A stretch of DNA of 53,821 nt from an uncultured Planctomycetia bacterium (GTDB taxonomy: Bacteria; Omnitrophota; Gorgyraeia; Duberdicusellales; 4484-171): assembly GCA_964420965.1 (NCBI GenBank), contig CAYQUQ010000004.1, positions 1,252-55,072 on the forward strand, given 5' to 3'. Shown here one piece after another: positions 42,167 to 50,794 of this stretch. The notes below the pieces were generated by a model, which was not told where the DNA came from, searched no databases, and saw only the letters and a program-made list of their open reading frames with translations. A program made the position numbers and the translations under genes. Numbering within the stretch: the first letter of the stretch is position 1; every line of letters begins with the position of its first letter.

Positions 42167-42848
42167 TGCCAGAAGAAGAGTGCAGTTTATAAAGAAGTTA
42201 TTCGATGTAAAGAGCGGATTTTTTCTTGATATCGGCTGTACTGACGGCCGTTTAGAATTAAAACTTAATAAGGATAAATTCTTTGGAATAGATACAAATG
42301 AAGAGGCTTTAAGAATCGCCAAAACAAGGTCTTTTCCGGTTGTTTTAGCTGATGCCCGCTATTTACCATTTAAAGAGAAAAGTTTCGATGGCCTTATATG
42401 TTCAGAGGTTCTTGAACACATAGAAGAAGACAGACTAGCCATAGCCGAGATTTCCCGGGTTCTAAAGAGAAATGCTATCGCCGTGGTCAGCGTTTCTAAT
42501 CGGGATTTTAAAAGGATTTTTCCCTTTAAGCGGCTGGTCGAAAACCTTTACTTAAGGCTTGAAGAGTTTACTTTGCACGTGCGCCGGGGCTACACCGTTG
42601 AGGAACTAAAAGCCCTTTTTAAACGGGAATCTTTAAAACTGGAGAGGGTAGAGTATGACCTTAAAGCGGTGGGGGCGTTCTTTCACCTGCTACTTTATCA
42701 TTGTTACCGCCATCAGCAGACCAAATTCCGGCGGTTTATCCTGCGGGTTTATATTAGATTATTAAAGATTTTAGCTTTTCTGTATCCTCTGGATAATATT
42801 TTGCAGCGGGAAGGCTTTCAGATATTTGCCAAGTTTAGGAAATTATGA
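42156..42848 (+). CDS. Class I SAM-dependent methyltransferase
   Basis: Motif I FFLDIGCTDGR, then FDGLICSEVLEHIEED and LKRNAIAVVSV. TTG start (GTG 42180 is an alternative). Confidence 0.75.
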   Translation: MLVDARRRVQFIKKLFDVKSGFFLDIGCTDGRLELKLNKDKFFGIDTNEEALRIAKTRSFPVVLADARYLPFKEKSFDGLICSEVLEHIEEDRLAIAEISRVLKRNAIAVVSVSNRDFKRIFPFKRLVENLYLRLEEFTLHVRRGYTVEELKALFKRESLKLERVEYDLKAVGAFFHLLLYHCYRHQQTKFRRFILRVYIRLLKILAFLYPLDNILQREGFQIFAKFRKL

Positions 42849-42901
42849 AGCGATTACGGTGATCAGATATTGATTACAGTGACTATTCTTTGATGTGAGT
42901 T

Positions 42902-43879
42902 ATGGCTGAAGGGAAATTATTAATTAGTGTTATTATACCGGTCTATAACCGGAAGGAATTTTTAAGGGAAGCTTTGTTGCCCCTTAGCGAGCAGACATTA
43001 AAAAAGGATTTGTTTGAGGTGATTGTGGTTGACGACGGCTCAAACGACGGAACCAGGAATATGCTTGAGGAGCTAAAGGACACTTTAAGTTATAGTTTCA
43101 AAATATTGGAACAGAAGCACGAAGGCCCGGCAGCGGCCCGCAACCTGGGCGCAGAGAATGCCCAAGCGCCAATTCTGGCTTTTTTAGACAGCGACATGAA
43201 GGTTGATTCTGGCTGGCTTGACAACGCCCTGGCTCATTTTAAAGATCCATCAGTCTTGGCCGTAGAGGCGAAAACCGAGAGCCCAGGCCAGAAGCGTATT
43301 TTTAGCCATTGGGTATCCAATGAGAGCGGGGGGATGTATCAGAGTTGCAATATGTTTTACCGCCGCAATATCTTTAAGGAACTGGGCGGGTTTGACCAAA
43401 AATTCAAGTTTCCTTTCGGCGAAGATTACGATTTAGCGCTCCGGGTATTAGCTAAGGGAAGAATAGTTTTTGCCCAGGATGCGATTGCTTACCATCCGGT
43501 GCTGCAAGAAAAGGCCGGGGATATTTTAAGAAAAGCCAGTTTTTCAAAGGACATTCCTTATTTATATAAGCGGCACCGGGAAAAGATGCGTCCTTTTCTG
43601 GGTTTTCGGATTGAGAGGATTTTTACCGGAATATTTTTTGGCGTTTTTATTCTCGCTCTTTTTGCGTTAAACACTCCCGGGGCGCTGGCCGGTTTAGGCG
43701 GAGCAATTTTAACCACGTTCTTTTTAGAAAGAGAAAGATTTAAGCGGGCAAGGCCCTTAGAGATTATTTGGGGAGTGTTTATCTATACTTTGAGTAATGC
43801 TTTAACTTTTTTTATGTTTTTATACGGATGCGCGAAATACAGAGTAATGCCCAGTATCGGCATGCTCAGGAGATACTAA
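42902..43879 (+). CDS. Glycosyltransferase family 2 with a C-terminal membrane segment
   Basis: LISVIIPVYNRKEFLREAL..VIVVDDGSNDGT..FLDSDMKV. C-terminal hydrophobic helices (IFTGIFFGVFILALFAL; VFIYTLSNALTFFMFLYG). Confidence 0.85.
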   Translation: MAEGKLLISVIIPVYNRKEFLREALLPLSEQTLKKDLFEVIVVDDGSNDGTRNMLEELKDTLSYSFKILEQKHEGPAAARNLGAENAQAPILAFLDSDMKVDSGWLDNALAHFKDPSVLAVEAKTESPGQKRIFSHWVSNESGGMYQSCNMFYRRNIFKELGGFDQKFKFPFGEDYDLALRVLAKGRIVFAQDAIAYHPVLQEKAGDILRKASFSKDIPYLYKRHREKMRPFLGFRIERIFTGIFFGVFILALFALNTPGALAGLGGAILTTFFLERERFKRARPLEIIWGVFIYTLSNALTFFMFLYGCAKYRVMPSIGMLRRY

Positions 43880-43881
43880 AA

Positions 43882-45036
43882 ATGCGGGTAGATTATTCAA
43901 TCGGGGTTAAGTTTGGGGGCGGCGGAATCGGTTATATTGCCTCTTGCTTCGCCGGCGAAATTTATGCCCGGGGGTTTTTAAAAAGAATTTTTGCGACTTC
44001 TCGTTCCGAAACCGAGATTGCAGCTCGGGTTTTTAAGATTCACCCTTACGTAGAGACGCTGCCGAAAATTTTCAGAATTCCCAATAGGTTTATCCCTTTG
44101 AGCCGGTGGTATTTATGGAAAGACCATATTTTTGACCGCTGGGTTTCAAAAAGAATAGGTGAGTGCGATGTGTTTCATGGCTGGACCTGCCAGTCGCTTT
44201 ATTCCCTCCGGGCCGCCAGAAGAAAGGGTGCGGTTACTTTTCTGGAGCACCCTACCGCTCACGTACTTACCCAGAAACGCCTTCTCCAAGAAGAATACCA
44301 ACGCTTTAACATTAAGGGGGATCCGATTGATCCCGGAGTGATTAAAAGAAGGCTGGCCGAATACAAAGAAACTGATTTTATAATTGTCACTTCCCGGTTT
44401 GTCTACGATTCATTTATCGCAGAAGGCGCGGATCAAGAAAAGTTGATTTTAATCCCCTATGGAGTGGACACGGATACATTTAAACCCAGCCAGAAAATTT
44501 ACACCGGCGGCGCCTTTCGCATCGCTTTCGTCGGCCAGATCGGTATCCGCAAGGGACTCATATATTTACTCCGGGCTTTCAGCGAGCTCAAAATCAGGGA
44601 CTCCGAGCTGGTTATAGCCGGATGGGTTAACCGGGATATGAAGGAAGTGCTGAAGGAATACTCGCGTCATCCCCGGATAATTTTCTTAAGGTTTATGCCG
44701 CAGCCCCAGGAGATTTACCGGGATGCCTCGCTTTGCGTATTTCCTTCGGTAGAGGATGGCTTCGGTTTAGTGGTTTTGGAGGCTTTTGCCTCGGGTAAAC
44801 CGGTTATAGTCAGTGAAAATACGGGTGCCAAAGATGCCGTTAGCCATAATGAGGATGGGTTTATCGTTCCGGCCGGGGATGTGGAAGCCTTAAAAGAACG
44901 GATTTTATATTGTTACGAACACCAGGATAAGCTTAAAACCATGGGTGAAAAAGCGCTCCAAAAGGCCAAGGATTATAGCTGGACGAGCAGTGTCCGGAAG
45001 TTGATCGATGCCTATAAAAGGGCCTTAAGCCGTTAG
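43882..45036 (+). CDS. Glycosyltransferase family 4
   Basis: I prefer ATG 43882 (2 nt after the upstream TAA) to the overlapping track start at 43828. IYRDASLCVFPSVEDGFGLVVLEAFASGKPVIVSENTGAKDAV..EDG is the GT4 EX7E region. Confidence 0.85.
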   Translation: MRVDYSIGVKFGGGGIGYIASCFAGEIYARGFLKRIFATSRSETEIAARVFKIHPYVETLPKIFRIPNRFIPLSRWYLWKDHIFDRWVSKRIGECDVFHGWTCQSLYSLRAARRKGAVTFLEHPTAHVLTQKRLLQEEYQRFNIKGDPIDPGVIKRRLAEYKETDFIIVTSRFVYDSFIAEGADQEKLILIPYGVDTDTFKPSQKIYTGGAFRIAFVGQIGIRKGLIYLLRAFSELKIRDSELVIAGWVNRDMKEVLKEYSRHPRIIFLRFMPQPQEIYRDASLCVFPSVEDGFGLVVLEAFASGKPVIVSENTGAKDAVSHNEDGFIVPAGDVEALKERILYCYEHQDKLKTMGEKALQKAKDYSWTSSVRKLIDAYKRALSR

Positions 45037-45040
45037 CGGA

Positions 45041-47683
45041 ATGAACAAGAGCTTGTGGGATAAAAAGTGGGAGAGTGAATCCAGCGGCCTTAGCCAGGCT
45101 TCTTACTTAGACCGTTGCAGTCAGAGGTGTTTTGATATCCTTAAACGCTGGGTGGGTGTTGGGTCAGGTTTAATTTTGGAAACCGGAGCCGGCTCAGGAA
45201 GGTTTTGCTTATCTTTGGCTAAAGAAAACACCGCAGCACAAATCATCGGCGTGGATTTATCCCCGGTTTCCCTGAACCTGATTAAGAATCGAGCCAAAAA
45301 GGATGATATCGGGAATGTCACCGTCGTCCGGGCCGATATCCAGAAATTGCCTTTTGCCGGTAATTGCTTCGACGTTGTTTTTAACGAAGGGGTAGTTGAA
45401 CATTTCCGGGATCCGGAATCCTTATTATTAGAGATGAAAAGGGTTTTAAAACCCGGCGGCCGGTTAATCGTCGCCGTGCCTAACCGGTTCAATTTCATTT
45501 ACGGGCTTACTCTCTTTTTCTCCCGGAAGGAGCGCGTAAAATACGGATATATTAAGCTGTTCAGTCCCGGAGCGCTTAAGGCCCTTTTTAAGAAATGCGG
45601 ATTTATAGATATAAAAATATCCGGTTTTGACCCCGCCCACAGCATCACCCGTTTAAGCCAATATTGGCCCCGGTGTGAACTATTGGCAAGAGTAATCGAT
45701 AAAGTTATTGTCAAGCCGCTGGATTTTATTACCCATAATCGTTTTAGTTTTCTTTTTGGCCTTGAGATAATTGCCTGTGGTGTCAAGGATGGGTCCGATA
45801 AGGGTGAAAGAATAAGCCAGGCTTACGCTTGTAGAGGAGGATCGAAACAGGACTATGCCGATTTTCAATTTCTGTTTGCCGCGGCTGAAGTTGATTTTTA
45901 TAAACAATTTACCGATTTTAAGGGTAAGAAAATTTTAGACATTGGCTGCGGCCTGGGCGGAAAGGCCGCCGCTTACGCCAAAGAGGCCGGAAAAATATTC
46001 GCACTGGACTGTAAATTAAACGACCTTATTTTTGCCAAAAGGTTTTCAACCGCTAATGATTCTAAGGCTGTATTTTTTCAAGCTGATGCCGGGAAACTCC
46101 CCCTTAAGAACCACTCCTTTGACGTAATCATTTTGAACGATATTATTGAACACCTGCCCCGGCCCGCAGAAGTTCTTAAAGAATGTAAAAGGATCTTGAA
46201 GAAAGGAGGGGTAGTATTTGTGAATTTTCCGCCTTTCTATGGGCCTTACGGCGGACACCTCGGGTATTATTTTTCTTTTCCCTGGGTTCATTTTCTGCCC
46301 AAAAAGTTGATTCGTTATTTATTGCTGCGGAAAAAAACCAAAGCCGGCTGGCTTACCCCCGAGGTTGTTCAGGATACCTACAACAGCGTCCGCAGGCTAA
46401 CTATCCGGCAATTCCGGAAATTAGTTAATGACAGCGGTTTCGGTATAAGATATCAGGATTTTATGCTTTACTCCCCTAACCTGCCGAAAAAATTGATCCA
46501 TTTTCCTTTTCTTAAAGAAGTAGTCACCAAAAATATCCGGTGTGTATTGGAAAAGCGGGGAACACGGGTCGCAATCATTTCCCGGAGTTATTTATACGGT
46601 CCCCATCATAAAAAATTAGAGGAGTTGTCTAAATTTAAAGATATCGAGATTACGCTCATTACCCCTCAATACTGGAAGCACTCATTGGGAGATATAGCCT
46701 TGGAGAAGGAGTCCGCACAGGCCTACAAAATTAAACCTTTATCCTTAGCCTTCAACGGGAATTATTTTCTCTATTTTTACCGCTCTTTAGGGAAAATATT
46801 AAGCGATTTAAGGCCGGATGTCGTTCACATCGAAGACGAACCCGGCTATTTATCTACCTTTCTGATTGCCCGCTTTTGCCGGCGCAATTTCCCGCAAACA
46901 AAAGTTTTGGTTTTTACCTGGGAAAATATTTACAAGAGATTTAAATTTCCTTTTTCTTATTTCGAGAATTACGCTTTGAGGAATGTGGATTCTGCCGTTG
47001 CCGGGAATAAGGAAGCCAAAAATATCTTGGTTGAGAAAGGTTTTAAAAGGGCGGTATCTGTGGTCCCGCTCTTAGGGGTGGATCCCGCCGAGTTTACGCC
47101 GAAGAAACCCGCGCGGCTTAAAAAAGAATTAGGCCTTAAGTATTTTGTTGCCGGTTATATCGGACGCCTGGTTGCGGCTAAGGGCCTTTCGACTTTAGTT
47201 AAGGCGGTGGCCGGTATAAATTCCGAGTTGCAGCTTTTGCTGGTCGGCTGCGGCGATTACCGCCGCCGGCTGGAGGAAGAAATTGAAAGGTTGGGAATTA
47301 AGGAAAGGGTAACTATTCTGGATAGCGTCGGACACCGGGAAGTTCCGGAATACCTGAATTGCCTGGATGTCTTGGTTTTACCTTCGGAGACAGCCGCAGA
47401 TTGGAAAGAGCAGTTTGGCCACATCCTCATTGAGGCCATGGCTTGCGAGATTCCGGTTATCGGTTCGGATAGCGGAGAAATACCAAACGTAGTCGGTGAA
47501 GGCGGTCTTATTTTTAAGGAAAGCGACTATCAGGATTTAAGGGATAAACTCAAGCTGTTGATTAAAAGCCCCCGGTTAAAATCCCAATTGGGCCGGGCCG
47601 GACGCAAAAGGGTCCTAGATAATTATACGCACCAAAGAGTCGCGGCCGAATATTACCGTATTTATCAGAGTTTAAAAAGCTGA
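45041..47683 (+). CDS. Tri-domain protein: SAM methyltransferase + SAM methyltransferase + GT4 glycosyltransferase
   Basis: MT1 motif I ILETGAGSGR (~45170-45199) with LKPGGRLIV. MT2 motif I ILDIGCGLGG (~45932-45960) with LKKGGVVFV. GT4 from about 46565 (RVAIISRSY...) with VLVLPSETAADWKEQFGHILIEAMACEIPVIGSDSGEIPNVV. Confidence 0.85.
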   Translation: MNKSLWDKKWESESSGLSQASYLDRCSQRCFDILKRWVGVGSGLILETGAGSGRFCLSLAKENTAAQIIGVDLSPVSLNLIKNRAKKDDIGNVTVVRADIQKLPFAGNCFDVVFNEGVVEHFRDPESLLLEMKRVLKPGGRLIVAVPNRFNFIYGLTLFFSRKERVKYGYIKLFSPGALKALFKKCGFIDIKISGFDPAHSITRLSQYWPRCELLARVIDKVIVKPLDFITHNRFSFLFGLEIIACGVKDGSDKGERISQAYACRGGSKQDYADFQFLFAAAEVDFYKQFTDFKGKKILDIGCGLGGKAAAYAKEAGKIFALDCKLNDLIFAKRFSTANDSKAVFFQADAGKLPLKNHSFDVIILNDIIEHLPRPAEVLKECKRILKKGGVVFVNFPPFYGPYGGHLGYYFSFPWVHFLPKKLIRYLLLRKKTKAGWLTPEVVQDTYNSVRRLTIRQFRKLVNDSGFGIRYQDFMLYSPNLPKKLIHFPFLKEVVTKNIRCVLEKRGTRVAIISRSYLYGPHHKKLEELSKFKDIEITLITPQYWKHSLGDIALEKESAQAYKIKPLSLAFNGNYFLYFYRSLGKILSDLRPDVVHIEDEPGYLSTFLIARFCRRNFPQTKVLVFTWENIYKRFKFPFSYFENYALRNVDSAVAGNKEAKNILVEKGFKRAVSVVPLLGVDPAEFTPKKPARLKKELGLKYFVAGYIGRLVAAKGLSTLVKAVAGINSELQLLLVGCGDYRRRLEEEIERLGIKERVTILDSVGHREVPEYLNCLDVLVLPSETAADWKEQFGHILIEAMACEIPVIGSDSGEIPNVVGEGGLIFKESDYQDLRDKLKLLIKSPRLKSQLGRAGRKRVLDNYTHQRVAAEYYRIYQSLKS

Positions 47684-47706
47684 ATTAATTATTTCCTTGT
47701 GTATTT

Positions 47707-48678
47707 ATGGCTAAGTTAGGTGTTTATTTTTTAAGAGCGGTAAGGTTAGTTAAAAATTACGGTATCGGAACGCTTTTTAGACAATTTAGGTGGTACTTCG
47801 AGAAGTATATTTTGCGTCGGATCCGGACCGTGAGAGTCGTTCAGGGGAATAAGATGTATTTGGATTTGGTTCAAGGCGGCATCTTTAAGGAATTAGCCGT
47901 CCACGGAATACGGGAAGTTCCGCACACGCTTTTGCTTAAACAGGAATTAGAGGAAGGGATGGTGGTGGTTGAGATCGGGGCCAATATCGGGTATTACCTC
48001 TTGACGGAAGCCGCTATCGTTAAGGATAAAGGTAAAATCTACGCCTTTGAACCGGACTCCCGGAATTTAGATATTTTGCGAAAGAACATCGCGCTCAACA
48101 GATATGCCCCAATCGTAGATCTGTACCCTCTGGCTGTGTCGGATAAGAGCCAAAATTTAAAAATACACTTAACCGAAAAGACAAACTTAAGCACCCTGCT
48201 TAATCCGGATAGAGTTGATCCGGCACGCAGGAATCAATGGCGTTCACAAGATACCCAAAGTGTCTCTTTAGATGAGTTTTTAAAAGGTAAGCTCCCGGTA
48301 AACCTTATCCGCATGGATGTCGAGGGGTTTGAGGTCGAGGTTTTTAAGGGGATGAGGGAGACTGTTAAAAATGCCCCTTCAAAGTTTAAGGTGCTTTTTG
48401 AGCTGCATATGCACACTTATTACCTGGCCGAGCAAAATCGCTTAGAGCCGGTAATGCGGGATTTGTTCGAGTTAGGGCTACGACCAAAAGTTTTAATACC
48501 CACATGGGGAATTCAGCCTCAAACCTACAAGGAGTTAGGGTATAGCCCCGACAGGGTCATAAAAAGTAAATTCGGAGACAGCGCATTTTACTATAATGTA
48601 AAATTAGAAGACGTAATACGTTTGACTTGCTATCATCCTAATAGTACAAAATTTATGCTTTTAGAAAAGGTAAAATGA
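47707..48678 (+). CDS. FkbM-family SAM methyltransferase
   Basis: VVVEIGANIGYYLL..IYAFEPD..IRMDVEGFEVEVFKG. Confidence 0.8.
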   Translation: MAKLGVYFLRAVRLVKNYGIGTLFRQFRWYFEKYILRRIRTVRVVQGNKMYLDLVQGGIFKELAVHGIREVPHTLLLKQELEEGMVVVEIGANIGYYLLTEAAIVKDKGKIYAFEPDSRNLDILRKNIALNRYAPIVDLYPLAVSDKSQNLKIHLTEKTNLSTLLNPDRVDPARRNQWRSQDTQSVSLDEFLKGKLPVNLIRMDVEGFEVEVFKGMRETVKNAPSKFKVLFELHMHTYYLAEQNRLEPVMRDLFELGLRPKVLIPTWGIQPQTYKELGYSPDRVIKSKFGDSAFYYNVKLEDVIRLTCYHPNSTKFMLLEKVK

Positions 48679-50792
48679 GCAAGAATACTGTAAAAGTCGG
48701 CTACATTCTGCAGCATTTTCCGGTGTTATCGGAAAGTTTTGTCCGCGATGAAATTGCGGGGGTAGAAAGAAATGACGTTAAGGTCCATATTTTTCCCTTC
48801 GCTAAGCCGGACGGCAAGGTAATTCTAGGCGATAAGAGGTGCCACGAAGGAAATATTACCTATGCCTTGGATCCTAAAAGCGGCGCCGGCGCGTTTATCC
48901 CGGTTTTTGGGTCCAATTTATATTTTTTCTTACGCTACCCCTTAAAGTACGCCCGCTGTTGGCGTAAATATTTTTTCCGGATCGGTAAAAAAGAATTTTT
49001 GCAGATATTCTATTTATGCTCCCGGGTTAAGAAATTAAACTTAGAGCATCTCCATGCCCATTTTGCCTGTTTGGGGGCAACGGCGGCTTTAATTATTGGG
49101 CAATTTTTAAACATCCCTTTCAGCTTTACGGTTCATGCCTACGATATCTTTGTTCAGGATGATTTTTTGAAAGAAAAAATGAAGCGGGCAAAATTTATTA
49201 TTGCCATATCGGAATATAATAAGAATTATTTACTGGATAAATATCCGCAGATACCCGGTGAAAAAATCAGGGTTATTCACTGCGGAGTAGATATCACACG
49301 CTTCCGCCTTAAGCCCGCGGCTGAAGAAGGGCGGATTTTGCTTTTAAGCGGAGGCCGCTTAGTCGAAAAGAAGGGGTTTGCTTATTTGATCCAAGCCTGT
49401 AAGTTTTTGGTCGATAAGGGTTTAGATTTCAAGTGTAACATTTTCGGCGACGGCCCCTTGAAAAAAGAATTATTTGCGGAAGTTAAAGAATCAGGGTTAA
49501 CGGGCCGGATTGATTTCACCGGAGCGATCAGCCGGGAGGAAGTAAAGAATCTCCTGGCTCAAAGCCATATTTTTACATTAGCTTCGGTGGTTGCCGCCAA
49601 CGGGGATCGGGACGGAATCCCGGTAGTGTTGATGGAGGCTATGGCGGCGGGGAGGCCGGTGGTAGCCACGGATGTCTCCGGAATTCCGGAATTGATTGAT
49701 TCCGGAGAAGGGGGGATTTTAGTTCCGCAGAAGGATGAAGTTAAGTTGGCGGAGACGATTTGGGCCTTGGCCAAAAATAGAGATTTACGAAAAAAAATCG
49801 GCAGCAAAGCCCGGAAGAAAGTAGAAAGTCAATTCAATATAACGGAAAACACAAGGCGTTTAGCGAATATTCTTAAGCAGGATAAGATGCCTATTTTTAA
49901 GTATAAATCAAAACATGCCGGCTGCGATTTATGCGGCAGCGGCCGGGCAACTTCAGTATCGAGCGGTATTTCTTTTGATCGGCGGCATTATAATCACTTA
50001 AGGTGTAAAAAATGCGGGTTGATTTATGCCGACCCCATGCCGGAGCCGGCCGTATCGACGCTGGATGAAATTGCCATGAAATTATGGATTAATGATTTTT
50101 TAAAAGGCAAGAGTGGTTTTGACTGGGAACATTTTAAACGATACCGAAATTATAATGAAAGCAGGGTTAAGGAATTACAAAGGTATAAGCATACCGGAAG
50201 CCTGCTCGAGGTCGGCTGCGGTAACGGCTACTTCTTAAAAGTCGCCCAAGACAGCGGCTTTCGGGTCAAAGGAGTCGAGGTCTGTAGAGAGCTGTCCGAA
50301 CATATTAATCGCTATTTAGATTTAGATATTTTCATCGGTACCCTGGAAGATGCGGGGTTTTCCGCGGGCTCTTTCGACGCGGTTTATTTAAACCATATTT
50401 TAGAACACCTGCCTGATCCCGGCAGTTTCTTGAGTGCGGTTAACAGGATTCTTAAGAAAGACGGGGTATTGTTCTTGGGTGTTCCCAACGCCGCTGATAT
50501 CTCTAACAGTTTGAATAAGGCCCTTAAACTATCAGGGCTGAGGCGGAACTGGGGCGGATATTTATGCCCCCCGGTGCATTTGCACGGTTTTACCCCTAAA
50601 GTGTTAACTAAACTTTTGGATCAGGCCGGATTTAAAACCCTGGATTCGTTTACTGTTGCCCAGGGTGATAAGACTTATTTTCCCGATTATTCACCCCAGG
50701 GGTTAAAAAAAGCTTTAAAGCAGACGCTGGGCTTTGCCGGTAAGCTTTTGGGACGGGGCGCTCATATCGTAACCTATGCGGTTAAGAAATAA
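48675..50792 (+). CDS. Bi-domain protein: GT4 glycosyltransferase + Zn-ribbon + class I SAM methyltransferase
   Basis: GT4: SHIFTLASVVAANGDRDGIPVVLMEAMAAGRPVVATDVSGIPELI. CDLCGS...CKKCG Cys pairs. MT motif I LLEVGCGNGY (~50200-50230), FDAVYLNHILEHLPDP, LKKDGVLFLGVPN. Confidence 0.85.
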   Translation: MSKNTVKVGYILQHFPVLSESFVRDEIAGVERNDVKVHIFPFAKPDGKVILGDKRCHEGNITYALDPKSGAGAFIPVFGSNLYFFLRYPLKYARCWRKYFFRIGKKEFLQIFYLCSRVKKLNLEHLHAHFACLGATAALIIGQFLNIPFSFTVHAYDIFVQDDFLKEKMKRAKFIIAISEYNKNYLLDKYPQIPGEKIRVIHCGVDITRFRLKPAAEEGRILLLSGGRLVEKKGFAYLIQACKFLVDKGLDFKCNIFGDGPLKKELFAEVKESGLTGRIDFTGAISREEVKNLLAQSHIFTLASVVAANGDRDGIPVVLMEAMAAGRPVVATDVSGIPELIDSGEGGILVPQKDEVKLAETIWALAKNRDLRKKIGSKARKKVESQFNITENTRRLANILKQDKMPIFKYKSKHAGCDLCGSGRATSVSSGISFDRRHYNHLRCKKCGLIYADPMPEPAVSTLDEIAMKLWINDFLKGKSGFDWEHFKRYRNYNESRVKELQRYKHTGSLLEVGCGNGYFLKVAQDSGFRVKGVEVCRELSEHINRYLDLDIFIGTLEDAGFSAGSFDAVYLNHILEHLPDPGSFLSAVNRILKKDGVLFLGVPNAADISNSLNKALKLSGLRRNWGGYLCPPVHLHGFTPKVLTKLLDQAGFKTLDSFTVAQGDKTYFPDYSPQGLKKALKQTLGFAGKLLGRGAHIVTYAVKK

Positions 50793-50794
50793 CC

